A stretch of DNA of 63,727 bases, counting the filler, from Lenisia limosa (Eukaryota > Protista > Breviatea), in assembly GCA_001655205.1 (NCBI GenBank). It is 13 parts of 13 records of this genome, joined end to end, with 100 filler letters (N's around TTAATTAATTAA, not from the genome) between each part and the next. Parts side by side here need not be neighbours in the genome. Positions count along the whole stretch, not along the records: positions 26,583 to 32,599 come from LPNZ01003409.1; positions 32,700 to 49,395 come from LPNZ01008624.1; 11 more parts are not named here. The stretch is one strand, 5' to 3'. Every line of letters begins with the position of its first letter. Within the stretch, counting starts at the first letter, position 1. Both the position numbers and the translations under genes were made by a program. The notes beneath the pieces were generated by a model, which saw only the letters and a list, made by a program, of their open reading frames with translations, was not told the origin of the DNA and did not search any database. Of this stretch, positions 28,289-42,328 are shown piece after piece.

Positions 28289-28976
28289 TGAAATAAAGCG
28301 CTATTCCATCTCCCTTTGACACTTCCTTCATGTAGTTTAAGGGAACTGACTGCAATAAGTCCTGATACGGATTGAGCTTTTTCTTTGGTAATTTGTGTCA
28401 GGACTTATCGCGGCTAGTGTATTGTAGTTCAATCTGTTGAGCATATCAGTACTTCGCCAACAGTCTGGCTGATAGGGTTTAAAGGGTAGTCTGTCCCCAC
28501 AACCGCTAGTATTTTCCATACTAATTGTAAAATTTATCAATCAATGGCTTTAATACAAATAATTGCAGGGATCCCTAGTTATTTCTCATCTCTTCATATC
28601 CAAGGTCCAAGATTTTTTATTTTGCAGCTACCAAGCTACACTACACCCCCAGAAGCGCAAAGACCCTCATCATCTTGAAGGCCCTGATAATGTCTGGGCC
28701 TCTCAGGGCGATAAGTTCCGTCATTGTCACTCCCAGTGCGAGGGATTCTAGTGTTTTTTTGAATGCCATATGACTGACTTTCGAGTCGTAATTATGAAAG
28801 AAGATAGCACGAGGGTTCATTCCGAGAATATCAGAGTATCATTGAGACTTCTCGGTCAACTATCATACGAGTAAATATGACGTATCACTACGTCTTGTTA
28901 CTTTATGTGATTCTTTCATTGTATTGCCTTAGGACCTAAGTATTGCCTTAGGACCTAATTTCATCTTATTTTTGTA

Positions 28977-31514
28977 GGAGTTACTTCCGAGTTGGATTTG
29001 CGGGAGAGGGTAAAAATATTGCCGGAAGGTGAGAAGGAGGGGGAGGGGTGGTTGCTGCAAATTGTGATTGGTATCTTGGGCTTCACTTAGGTACGAAAAA
29101 AGATTGGTAAACTATCGAAATATATCGATGATTTATCGAGACATTAAGTCATTTCCTGGATCGGAGTGAAATCCTTATGCTTCGTAAATAATATCTTTAC
29201 GCTATTCTTCATCAGAATTTCCTTCATTTTCTTCACCCCCCCCCCNNNNNNNNNNNNNNNNNNNNNNNNNNNNNNNNNNNNNNNNNNNNNNNNNNNNNNN
29301 NNNNNNNNNNNNNNNNNNNNNNNNNNNNNNNNNNNNNNNNNNNNNNNNNNNNNNNNNNNNNNNNNNNNNNNNNNNNNNNNNNNNNNNNNNNNNACTATAC
29401 AGAGAATTACGCCGACCCGGAAGAGGTCCGTCCGAAGCCGCTTCCGCCGCCGAAATCAGATTATGACGTCATTTTGGAGAAGAACAGGTTGGGGGGTGTA
29501 AAGAAGAGAAGAAAATGATTTTCATTATAATAATGTGTCATATTCTTTAATATGACATCATATTGCAGAAGAACAAGTTGGGGAGGGCGGGAGTCAAGGG
29601 TACTAAAATTGCTGTGGATATGAGATGAATAGTTGTGCATTGATGTCATTATTGGCTATAATTTCACTGGAGAAGAATGGGAGGTTATTGACAAAACCAA
29701 AACAATCAATGCCCGTGTGTCTTGGAATCATATGGAATATCACTATCATTTTGGAGGAGAGAAGTGGGGAGAGTAAAGTCTACTATATATTGAAAATGAA
29801 TTTAGTACAATTCATTTATCACCTTGTAATTTACCAGGTTTATTCGTGACGAAAATGAGGAAGCTGCCACCTGGGAGGACAGCTTGTCACAGGACCATTA
29901 CAAGACACTTTTCAAGGTGAAGAGGGTGGGGGTAAGGCTTCACTTCGGTTCGAAAAGTACCGGTAAAATATCGATAGTTTTCGAGGATTTATCGAGAAAT
30001 TCAGTCTTTTTTTGAACCGAAGTGAAGCTTAGGGGGTGGTGGGTAAAAATAGATGGTTTTTGAAACAAAAAAAAACTTTGAATCAACTATGGCTATTGCT
30101 CATGGACATTTCCTTCGTTTTAACCACCCCCCAGGAATACGCACTTTGCGACCTGTCACGCCACAAACTCGGTCTTATTGGAATGCGGTGGCGGACAAAA
30201 TCGGAAGTTATCGCCGGAAAGGGTGGGTAATGTTAAACATTGGACAATGACCGAGATAAGTCCTGATACTCAAATTGAGCTTTTTCTTGAGTCACTATAT
30301 ACAATTGTTTAATTGTATCAAGGAGGTTATTGCTGGGAAGGGTGAACTATCACATGATATATATATACTATATGATATATATTTGGTACATCGATATAGC
30401 TATGTATCATATAATAATAATATACTGTACTACATAGAGTATATCAAGACAAAGGATGGTACAGTTTCAAAATTTCCGACAGTTTTTTTGTAACTACAGT
30501 GAAAATACCTCTTGTACTAATCTTTATTCACTCTAGTCCTAATCTTTATCAAGATTTTTAATCTAGTCCTAATTATTATAGGAAATTCCCTCTGTGGTGA
30601 AGTCAACTGTTTGCGCGAAGTTGATACAACAGTAGAGGTGAACTGGGGTTTGGCCTTCACTTCGTAAGGAGAAGGCTGGTAAAATATCGATATTTATTGC
30701 TTCAGTTATTTCATTTACAATGCCAATTAGGCTTCCCCCGGTTCAAAATAAACTTGGAAAATGTCCATATTCTTCGAGGATTTATCGATAAATTCAATGT
30801 TTTTTTGAACTATTGGGAAACTTAGAAATGAAATGTCTTTAAAACTGGTGTGTTTAAATTATTTCATTGTAATAATGTCAATATGGCTGACATAGCTACA
30901 GGTCCCGTTCAAATATGCTGAAGATAATTCAATGAAAGAAGCTCTAGTGAAGGTGAAGGGATAGATTGCATTATTACTCTCTATTTGATTGTGTGGACAG
31001 CTTTGGCCAGATACTATGTAGAAATGAGAAAAAAAATAAGAGTATCAGGCCGAAGCCGTACGTTTATAATGGTTATAATGATTATAGTACGATAAATATT
31101 AATTCACCCAATCATTTGCCTGACAACTCTGTGCACACAGCTTTCTGACTGTTTTTTTATTTCCCCTCTCGTCGTATGATTGCCGTTTCAATTTCCATTT
31201 AACCTGTGGATAAATATGACCCTCCCCCAGTTGTCACTTTGCGAAAAGTGTAACAAGAAGCTTGAGTACAAAAAAAAGATCGAAAGGAGGAAAGCAAGGG
31301 AGGTAGGAGGAGGTGTCAGCAAAACTCGATGTCATTAGTCTGGTGGCTGCGTTCCTTGAAGCCTCTTGTTAACAAATCATCCGATTTTTTGCTATTAACA
31401 CACCACTTTCAATTTGACATTTTACCAAACAAATTAATCTTGTAGCAACACAAGGAGGAGAAGAAGCGTAAAAAAGAAGCCAAGAAGCTCAGTGTTCACA
31501 AGGACAAGAGGTAG
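28977..31514 (+). CDS. FRA10AC1: FRA10AC1 homolog (spliceosome-associated); start uncertain, possibly upstream to about 27850
   Basis: Spliced SDYDVILEKNRFIRDENEEAATWEDSLSQDHYKTLFKEYALCDLSRHKLGLIGMRWRTKSEVIAGKG...LCGEVNC...VPFKYAEDNSMKEALVKLSLCEKCNKKL. Confidence 0.88.
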
Positions 31515-32374
31515 AGACGCGCCCTCTCACAAATATGGATCGCAAGGTAAGGCGGAAATAATATGTTATGTAGTTCTTCTGCAGTAAATGATGATGATAA
31601 CCGCATGGATACTGGTATTATTATATCATTTATTATTGAATGTAATGGGTATTCAGACATACTGATCAAAATCATATAATATATATGATATACTAGCCAA
31701 AGCTTCCCTACGGTCCAAAAAAGACCTTGAAAATATCTACATTGATAGAGGCTTCATCGTATAATTCAGTATTTTAAGACCATTGGGAAGCCGTAGGTTG
31801 TATTATTAGTTTATTTACTGACATTTTCATAGACCTTACCAAGATCACACGTCTGAAGTGACAAGTGTTAATTTTGTTATTTATTTGATACATTTTCAAC
31901 ATTGGTACTCAGATGCAGAAGTGATTGTTGTTGTTCCCAACCCGCGTTTGTCTTATCAGGTGCTGGCTTTGTAATTGTTTCATGCATTTTTCAATTTTAC
32001 GAAACACACCAGAATAGCATTATCACTTACTACAGGAAAAGGAGAAAACACCCTTCCTTTTCCCGCACTGGTTCATAACTGTTTGATACTTTTAGTATCT
32101 TAGCGTTGTTTCTCTCTTTTGTCTCTTCATTAAAAAAGTATTTTACCCTCCCCTACAACATCTTATTTTTTCTGTTACAGTGTCTCTGAAGAATGTATGG
32201 ACGGTCTTCATATCTCATCAGTATATTAAATAACTACAAGTATAAGAAGACCTCAATGCAATTATATATAATATATTTATTGAGGAAATGAAAAGGAGTT
32301 CTGGTTATTCTGTTCCACATGAAAATAATCACTCTATGGCAAACCCCCTCTCCATTGAATTGTCGTAATCTACA

Positions 32375-32576
32375 TTAAATATTGATAGGTTGGGGTCTCG
32401 ACTGATATTCAGACGCGGGGGGGAGAAGAATGGAATTGGCAATGGTTTGGATTTGATCTTGGAGGGCCTTGAGGTCGTTGGAGATGGAGTTGACTGTAAC
32501 GTCCGTGGAGGTTACTAGGCCATTTACTGAGTCCAACTGGGACGCCATTGCAGTGGTTTGGGCTGAAGTCACCGTC
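32375..32576 (-). CDS. Terminal exon of an unknown coiled-coil protein
   Basis: Acceptor (C)nAG at about 32577. Frame TVTSAQTTAMASQLDSVNGLVTSTDVTVNSISNDLKALQDQIQTIANSI...NI*. Confidence 0.55.
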
Positions 32577-33229
32577 TGGGGGGGGGGTAAACTAGTGAAN
32601 NNNNNNNNNNNNNNNNNNNNNNNNNNNNNNNNNNNNNNNNNNNTTAATTAATTAANNNNNNNNNNNNNNNNNNNNNNNNNNNNNNNNNNNNNNNNNNNNC
32701 GAGACCATAATTGTATAGTATTTTACCCTTAGGGCACCACCCCGTGGCGAGCTGACCCGCAATTTTTGAGGCCATTCCACTCTTCTTTCTTCTGTTTCCG
32801 ATAAATTTAATATAAAATCATCAAAACTAATGTTTTGGTCAAGAATATAACACTTTTCAATGTTGCATCTCAATTTGTAAAAAAACCTTCCAACAAGATC
32901 TTGTGCTGATCTGTCTCAAAAATTGACTTTCTATAAAAGCCTTCCTGAGACATTTTTTCAACTTGTTTTTATAATTTTATTGAATGTATGTAGTTTTTGG
33001 TTTAAATTTTGTTGAAATAGCCGGGTTAAAGTGGAGAAAATAATAATTTACGGAAATACGGATAATTTACGGGAATTCTGCGCGGTGGCATATTATATTA
33101 TATGTAATATCAATAATAGTATAATAATATATTACTATTTACCCTATAGATATAATATCTTATGTTTCTGTGGGTGATGTAGTACAAAGTCACTTTTTTC
33201 AACATCAATGGATCTTGATAAAACATTAT

Positions 33230-36200
33230 TCATACTTGATTTTGTTCTCTATGATCCAATAACTCTTGTACCCCCAATAGAGTAACTATGCCATTCCTTT
33301 TTGACCCACTAACAGGAGGGGGGTTCTCAGAGGAGGATGAAGGTGGGGGGGGCACGCTTTCTGCGGTGTTAGGAATATTACAGTTATTGAGAAGACAACA
33401 AGAATTCAACACTATTTTACCCAGTCAACCTTTACTGGAGGAACTTTTGGAGTTGGAGCAGAAAGGGTGGAGAGAGGTGGAGGCATCGGGCCAGTTAAAC
33501 GAGATACACAAAACTCAATCTCTGAGTCAGTAAGCTCCTCAGAGTGGCTGAACTGGGCAGTGGTCGGGGCATAGCATTTCCTCGTGATGTATGCCACAGC
33601 GGCGGTGAGACTCTGCCTAAAACATTTGCTTGACCTGTTCAGTGAGATGACCCCCCTCCCCCCACTATTATATTCTTTGCAGCAAGTTGTGCTTCACAAA
33701 TAAAAACCATGACATAATACTTGAAACTCGAGAGTAAACCAAAACATGATATTGCAAGAATCGCTTCGTCACAAAGGACAAGCTGGGGATCTCTTGGGCC
33801 TGATTTATGAAACGACAGACACATGTTGTTTTTACTTTTAAATCAGCAACAGCCAGTTTTACTTTAAAATAACAAAGATACGAAAAATAAACACAAAAGG
33901 CTTACTTAGAAACTGCTGAAATTGAGCTTCATTACGTGGTTACGCAAGACAAACAGTACGCTTTTGATGTAGGATTCTTCGTGGGGGGCTGAACTTCGGA
34001 GACACACCTTAAATTATTACTAGAGAAAAGTAAGTTTTTGAGCTTTTAAATATTGTTAATTCGGGGTAAAGCGTCCGACTCTGTCCAAAAAACAACATTG
34101 CAAATAAGTACGAATAAGATACCTATATGCTACAATACTGTATATGATTGAACGGGGTCAGTCACTATCTGGAATAGATACATACCAGGAGGACGGAAAG
34201 TGGAGAGGGTCCCAGAAGCCATCGTGATCGACCTGCCTGGGTGTTATTTTGACCTCTGTAGTTACACCAAGGCACTCTGAACACTTCTCACATGGAGGGA
34301 TAGGCTCGGGAACCATGGTGTAGAGGCGTGTTAAGTANNNNNNNNNNNNNNNNNNNNNNNNNNNNNNNNNNNNNNNNNNNNNNNNNNNNNNNNNNNNNNN
34401 NNNNNNNNNNNNNNNNNNNNNNNNNNNNNNNNNNNNNNNNNNNNNNNNNNCTGGTACTGGGAGAGTTTCATTTAATTTTAATCTCACTTTCTTTGCAAAT
34501 GCCGCCCCGATGGTGTTGTAGGCGCCGCCGATGTTTCATATCAGGTTTGCCTCGAACCATCACACCCCCGGCCTCAAACTCGTTGCCACGCCGGCCAGCA
34601 CGTCCAAAGCCCTACGTTATCAGGGGCTATTGTTATTGTCATGTACGTACCTGTGTTGCCTTGTGGACGGGATCATCTTTGGTCAGCACAACCAAAACAA
34701 AGTCCACATTATTGCTGTCGAGCCCCTGAATTAGCATTATATAGAAGAAAGACAGGTTGTTAGTATATTTTAACCATAATACAAAAGCTACTGGAATCAA
34801 GACCATGGATTTCTTTTCATCCCAAAAGTAATTTAAAACCTCACCATCAGAATGGAAGAAGACCCAATCACGATGTCTACTGGATCGTCAGGATCATTCA
34901 GCCTTTTGGACGCATCAGCTTTCATCTCAGCATCGTTGGCCGAAGACATAAACAACCTGCATGTTAAAAAAAGGCTATCACTCCCAAACTAAAAACTAGG
35001 AATTATTCATCAAAAACCAGGGGTATAAATAGTGAATTACAAAGTGTTGCATAGGTACAAAATCCATCATACCTTTCCGCGAGAGACTCATTCATCGAGT
35101 CGTACCACAGGAGTGCATCAGTAACCTGCTTCATCTTCATACAGAAAGACACCGCACTTTGTCTCCTGTAAAAGTGCGTCCACCTTCTCATACATGAACT
35201 CCACCTGTTGTATGAGGGTACAACATTTGAAAACACTTCTTGATAATATTACCAATTAGCATTTAATAAAGTCATGAATCACAAATTTGGTAACATGTCC
35301 TAATACTAATACTATCAATCCCAAAAAAACTTCAAATTTATTCAAATTAACCATGATTTTCCGCAACTTGATGCTTTTTTGCACCAAACTGCCAAAATTA
35401 CGCTAGAATGACGTAATTCTCGAATTTTGGTAGATAACGCGGGGGATAACGGTGTAAAGGGCGTTGTTCTCGTTAGTAGTACTGATGCTCAAGACAGGTT
35501 TCAAGGTCAACCAATGTCGCTTCTGGGGGGTGCCAAAGAGGAGGCCTTCTGCTTCCTTCGCCTCCTTCTTAGCCTTAGCAACTCTCTTTGGCTTTAGCCC
35601 GCTTGGTGTTGAACGCCTCCAGTAGCTTGGCACGGTCTTTTCAAGCTGTCGTTTAGATTACAGTAAGCTATTGAGCCACTTATAATTCTATCTCCTTTGA
35701 GGACGTTATCAATATTTAGGATAATATTTTTCTATAAAGCCTTTGATGTCTGCTTCTAACTCTCTGGCACCTCCTGAATCTGTGACATAAGATATAGGGG
35801 CTATTGTCTTTATTCATGAATCTAGTCCTTGTAGGTATGCTGGGTAGGCACGAAGAAAGCTATGTGCACAGATTTGTAAGGCAAATTATTGGGTGAATTA
35901 ATTTTATACTATAATCCAATATCTCTTATAAGCGTGAAGGTGGAGGGCTTCGGCCAGATACATCTCTATTTTTATTTCTCATTGTTATATATATATGATA
36001 TGTTCTTGCCATGCAGGGCTTACGACAGGAACGTCCGTCGTGGTAGAGGAGGACTATGTCATTAAGCCGAATCAATAATTCAAAGGTGTCATTTCGGACA
36101 AAAAAATTTCTTTTGATTTTTTCAGAATAAAACGGAGTAATAGAAATAAACACACAAAATATTTTAACATGCATTGATGGAGATCATAACTTGCTGTGTC

Positions 36201-39200
36201 TTGTTCTTTTATTCCCTTGAAGACATGTTGAACTTCAGTGAGTCAAAGATGTGGGTCTCAAAACTCACGAAGAAATGTCCCCCTGGATTTATTAATAATA
36301 ACACAACAAGATGGAAAAGGTTGAAAGCATTGTTTACAGGAATCACACAATACTCAAATAAAAAAAATAAAAAAAATTAATCACCCACTACTCTCATCCA
36401 TCATGTGTATTCTGAAATTTTACCATACCTTCATAGATCACTGATACGACGTGGTTATAACCAACAACGCTCGGGGTTGTTAAAATTCTGTGAAACCAGG
36501 TTTCATGAGAGTTAGTGAAACATAACCACGCATTCTCTCCGGTAACTGAATTTAAATATAGAATGCGCGATAACCACACTTGATCCCAAGGCGCCATTCT
36601 TGGCCACTACTTTCTTCCTATTTCTTTGTTTAATGTCGTCTTACAGGAGGGGCAAAAGCTCTCGAGAAGAGCAAGGCTGACAAGGGCAAAAGGCAAGCAA
36701 CCAAGGCGCTTGTTCGGGAAGCCAAGTAAACAAAGAAGAGCAAATAAGCAACACTTTTCTTCTGAGTCTCCTGATTTTATTGGAGGGTTACGTATAATCC
36801 CAGCACAAAACTGTATGAATGACTTCGTACGTTTTGTAATGAGGTTTATTGTGTAATCCACAATTTTTGCTACTTGCTTTCTTTGCTTACCAATTTAGAT
36901 AATTTTGGCTCTCTAACGCAGTTGNNNNNNNNNNGTCCGAGCTTTGAAGACGCGGATGGAATTTGCATGGGAATAATCTTCTCTTTTGCGTTTGCTGTAG
37001 CAAATTATACTTCTGCTAACACTTCAGACTTCTTCTGATGAAGACGATATTTTTAGGTATCACCTTAAAAAAACTTAATCAACTAGAGATGTAATTGTCT
37101 GGTTTGTATTACTTGTGTGAATGATAGAGATGCCATCGTTTTGTGTTTTATGTTTTTCCTGTCCCAGTGTTATGTTTGTGTTCTTCCATTTCAAGAAGCA
37201 TTGTGTAGAGTTCAATTCCATGTTTAATGCCACAAAAGGTCTGACGGGGGTGGAGTAACATTTGAAGAAACGAAAGAATAACATTTGAGTCGATAGGAAA
37301 GAGGGTGAGTAGCGGATATTCTTTAATATTTATTGTTTTATCATGTTTTTCTTTTTGTTATGAATATCATCCCCACCCCAAGAAATGCTGCTTTGGGATT
37401 CGTTGCAAGAAATCATTACGAGTAAACAATACAAGTACAGATACATAACTAAAATACAATTATTCCTCGGTTTTTGGAAACAACCGCTTTCCCTCAAAAA
37501 TTGGAATTCGCTTCCTGATTAGTGAGCGTTCCGAGGAATTGCGTAGCGCAACACCCCTTCCACTCCTTTTTACCAGACTCACTGATCACTAGTCGGTGAT
37601 TTCCGTTGGGCTTGGTTGGGGTTAGTGTGTAGTCTACAATGGGGGCATTCAAGAGCTTGCGGAATGCTTGCCGGAATGATGGCTTCCGCTGAAATGTTAA
37701 CAATTAACCATCAATATACACTACAACACGATAGTGTATAGTACCTTAACTTGTTGCTATTCTTGAAAAGGACCCTCTTACCGGTGGGAGATCGTCTGTG
37801 GTGCTTGTAGAAGAAGAGGGAGTGTCTCTTTCAGAGTCTTACCGTCATTTGCACTGTCTATTATGAAGCTCTAAGAGCACTGGCTGCTATACACCTCCGG
37901 GCGATGGGCCCAAAGGTCTGAATCAAAGGTCTCTGAGGAGGACTATTGGCAGGAGTATATACACAGAGAAGAAGGTTTCCTTGACATCAGAAATGCTGGA
38001 GAGTAGTTTGTCATGCCAGTTTTTGTCGTAGCATTCGATCAAGTATGCACTTATCACACAAAATGACGTTGACCTTCTGATAACTTTGATTGTGGACCTT
38101 AAGAAATCCTTCTTAGATTGTAAAACGGTGTCGTCGTACCCTTTGACAAAAATGAGTTATGAATTACCAAAGGAGGTGTTTCAACTGCCAGTCCTAGTGT
38201 CACCTTTCATTCAGGTTAACAGTTACAAATTGGTTCTTCCAATTCAAGACATATCCATATATTCAAGAGATGTCGTTTTTTGGTGTCAAGAGAAGAGGTA
38301 ATCTTCTTTTTCTTTGCGTGGAAGGCAGTTGCAAATACTGGAAAAACAAAATTAACGACAACTAACTTCCATAGTGACCTGCAGTCGGTGCCTAAGGCTG
38401 AGGAATTCTGTTCATCAGAACTAGTTGCCGAGCTGAACCTCAATGGGGAACTTGACGCGGCCGAATTCGCCACCGCCGTAAGCAGCCTTGAGCAAAGTCA
38501 CAATAAGCGAGGATTATCACACGTGGAACGGATTGACATGGCATCTTCCGCTGAAACAGTGTTTATAAAATATATCAACGTAGGCGGTGTTGTTAAAATT
38601 GAACTTAATGAAGAGTTGTCTCAGTTTTTTGAATTTGTTATTTGATATTATCAAGCATTGAGAATAATAATCATGAGACAGCATCCTGATGCCGGTACTC
38701 GAGCGCTAATGTTCGACTTGATTGCATCCACAAAGACTATCAAAGTCATCCCCAACCTTGCCAACGCAGTCGCCTTTTCTGAGCCTGTATGACTGGTTTA
38801 TTGATCATATTCATTTTATATGTATCTATCACTCATAGCAAATTAATAGTGTTTATGATATATGATATGAATTTCCCTTAATTCAGCCTATTTTGGTGTG
38901 TTTGATATAACCAAATATGTTGTTGGTTGAACTATGTTTTGTTTCATTTTGTTTCTGTTTTCTTCACAATCCAGGTTTCTTCTCACGTTGAGCCAATTGA
39001 GCCTGTTTCTTCAGTGTCGCTACCAGTCCTGCTACATGAGAATCCTACCTCTTCTCAAACACCACTCTCAGTTCACCCATCTGACCATCACTGCCCTCCC
39101 ACACCCACAACAACTGTCATCGTTATCACCATTATCACTAGTGAACCTTCGAGCAGCCTCCATTGACAAAGTCGAAAATCTTCTCTCCTTACTGCACAGT

Positions 39201-39945
39201 CACCTTGGAACCTATACTCTGCGCACGTTCCGCGAGAATATGCTGAAAATCCTTCGTGTATTTTTAGGATTAGCCCAAAACCAGATTGGTTCTTTGTCAC
39301 CTCCCAAAACAACCAACCTACATCTTCCCCTTGATGCATCTTCGGTAGTCGCTCAAGACGACAACTTCACTCTGAAGAAACGGAGTCAAAAAGGCAAGTG
39401 TCAACCGCAGTACCCTAGAAAGGTCACAGTGAATGTGAATACAAAATTATGCCAATAGTTTAGGTAAAATATGGTTTTGGCAATGTTTCATGATAGTCCA
39501 TAATNNNNNNNNNNGTCAGTCTTCGACAAGGGTGGGATATGAAACAATATGTTATATCATATCATATATATGCAACATCAATAATAGGTACATAATATAT
39601 ACATACAGTGAATAATATACACATGTCAAACAATAATTATGTTACCCCAGGTGGCAGGCTAGTATCTTTTAAACTCAAGAAACAAACAACAAGATAACAT
39701 AATCACGAACCAACAATCCCTTCATGACCTTGTTACGGTCGCGAGGTGTATCTCTCTTGCTGAAGTGGCAAAACAAGCCACCTAGTGCCCTCCAAGATGG
39801 TGGTCATATATGCAACGCATCGGACTAAGCGGAAGCTCTTCGAGTGGTATGATGTAATGATTGCCAAAGTGTCGCGTCTATTTAATGATTGGGCTATGTT
39901 TTCGATCGTTTCACGTTTTGAAGCATGGGGAGGTATAACTGCCAT
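33230..39945 (-). CDS. RecQ-like SF2 helicase, multi-exon, degenerate motif I; continuity across two 10-N gaps is not proven
   Basis: Motif I/Ia-like RRDTLAIITSYHSKSF...TRWLVLPLQ (39733-39945). DIVIGSSSILM|GLDSNNVDFV (34842-34959, 34725-34651). Motif VI TQ|GFGRAGRRG (34611-34488). Zn motif PCEKCSECLG (about 34270-34300). Introns are clean GT-AG. Confidence 0.6.
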
Positions 39946-41410
39946 TTTCAGCCTCCTATCTCACCCACTGCTCTACATAATCTTGCTCCCTTTATAATTT
40001 TGTATTCAAAACTGCCTTGGGCTGTCTTGTTAGTGTCTTGTTTGAAAGTTGTATGCAAATTATTTATTGCGGTAAGGTGCATAAGGTCTCCGTGGCTTCG
40101 GCCAATTCTGCCTCTTTTTTACACTTTCGGAAGGCTTCCACCCTCATAACAGATCCGCAAACATTTTAAAGTCATTTTTCAGGGGTTTGTCTTCTCAACA
40201 ACGGAAAATTTCTGTCAAAATAGCCGACCGCGGCATAACGATTCCCCTTGAATGGACCCAACTGTAAATCTTGGTATATTTGGGAATTACATCAGAGTCC
40301 GCACTTATTTTAATAACAAATCCTTCACAAATTAACCACTGCTAACCTAACAGTAAGTACATTTTTTAGAAAGCTCTCTTTATTATATGCTACCAGCTTC
40401 TGCTTGGTCTCCCGCTTCCTGCCCCGATATTGCTCAACAGTATTCTCTTACTCACTCTTCCTTCGCGTCATCTACTCTTGCCAAAGGGGACCTCAGGTGA
40501 TTATGGGATTATCCTGAGGAGTGTGGCTTCGTTATGTCCTTCTAACGTAGCTTCTTTCAAGAATAATAACTGCCACAGGTATGTCGCCTCTTTTTCCTCA
40601 AACATCGGACTCAAATCAATGGAAAAGATTCTTCTTGGTAATTGGGTGCTTTCCCCCCTCACCACTCTCTGGTGTTTATCTCCCAAGATGGCTTTCGCGG
40701 TCGTTTCGCTGTAAAGAACCGTACAGGTCTGGCTCACCTGTGCTCACTGATTCGGACTTCCTGGAGCTTAAAACGTCTGATATTTTCCCAGACTCGGTGA
40801 ATGGGGGTTTCTCAAGAATATAGGACCCCTTCCCTACCGTTTCTTGGCTTTGTTTTTGTCGTTGATGAAACCGATGATATCATCAAACATCTCATGAGAG
40901 GGAAGGGAGTGGTCAAACAACAAGACACGGTAGAAATATGTCGGTTCATCCGGGACACACTGGGAAGAGATGAAAATTCTATTCAAATAAGAAATAATAC
41001 AAGTACAGTTTTTGACTTTTATGCTCAAGCGCCTCCGATTGTCGCTTGAAGGACAGAGACAAGGGCAAAGTCATCGGCTGGTAAAGACGCTACCATCTGG
41101 TTTGGTTTCCTGAACACTATGAATACAACCATGAATGTGAACTTGTGCAATCAATTAATCAAGTTCTGAAACAATTTCGAAAAAGCAAAATCCTTTTCAC
41201 CCCATTTAACACCCATAATAAATGGAGATAACCACGACTCCAGCATTTCACTCCACCTTTGATTATCGATTCTGGGCAAGGGCCCAAATGCATCACATTC
41301 AGCAACACACCCAGCTTATGACAATTGCACTCCCTTGATCGATGAAGCATTCTGGATAGGGCCATTGAGTCTTGATGACCTCATGGAGAACATGGTCAAA
41401 GCAAATCCAA
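36640..41410 (+). pseudogene. Decayed coding-like block(s) with stops and frameshifts, unidentified
   Basis: Protein-like frames continue through single stops (FFEFVI*YYQALRIIIMRQHPDAG at about 38643; QAPPIVA* at 41049) and switch frame. The region lacks the G-run/C-run intron style of host genes. Confidence 0.45.
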
Positions 41411-42328
41411 ATCTGTTGTGTAAGTTCATACTTTAATGAAGCGTTTCGCGAACAATCACCAAAAACATTAGAATAACGATTACCCTATTTTTCGTACAAC
41501 TCAACAATATTAAGCTACGTGATGAGATTGACTATAAATAAGAAATATAACTTCACTACGGTCCAAACGACGACTAAATTATATTTCACTGTTTCGCCGA
41601 TTTGTTTTAGACTGTTTGTAAGCAATAAATACTATTTTAATCAGAAAAACAAACAAAAAACCAATACAAATATATCTGGAAGACAACTGGGAGAGTATCT
41701 GTCGGATATGGACTTGTGTATTATGAACATATTATCCCGATAATTCACAGTAGTTACACTGTCCATAAATACGGGCCCTGCGAGTAATTCTCGCTTCCGC
41801 GCGTAATTCTCCCGTTATTTTAGACAAAGACAAAATTCACGAAATATCTTTATTTTGCACTTTGTTACTCAAATCTACACTTAATTAGCTTGTATTGGTG
41901 ATATAATAGACAGCTGTAATGAAGAAGATGCTAAGATGAAAAACAAATTATTTTTGAAATAATTTGAACCGCTGACACGACAACCAAGGCCATATTTCCG
42001 CCAATCTCCCCTCGCAAACATTGAAAAACAGCTGTATTGCTTTTCTGTTTTGAAAAAAAAAGCTAGTCGAAGTAATAGACTACATATCTTCCCCAAAAAG
42101 TTTAAATTCGCTGAGTTTTCCCGGCAGCTTGGTGTTGCCGCCAAAACAATCAAGTCATGGTTATCTTGCCTAAGGTAGGCCACCTTCCACTGTAAACTGT
42201 ATCCCCTTCCAGCTATTAATTTTTCTATCGATCACCTTTTGCTATTTCTGCTTCTGGCAATCTTAAATGATTTGTTCACTTGATTGTTTTCCTGTTATTG
42301 AAAATAATCCTAAAATTAACTCTTGTAG

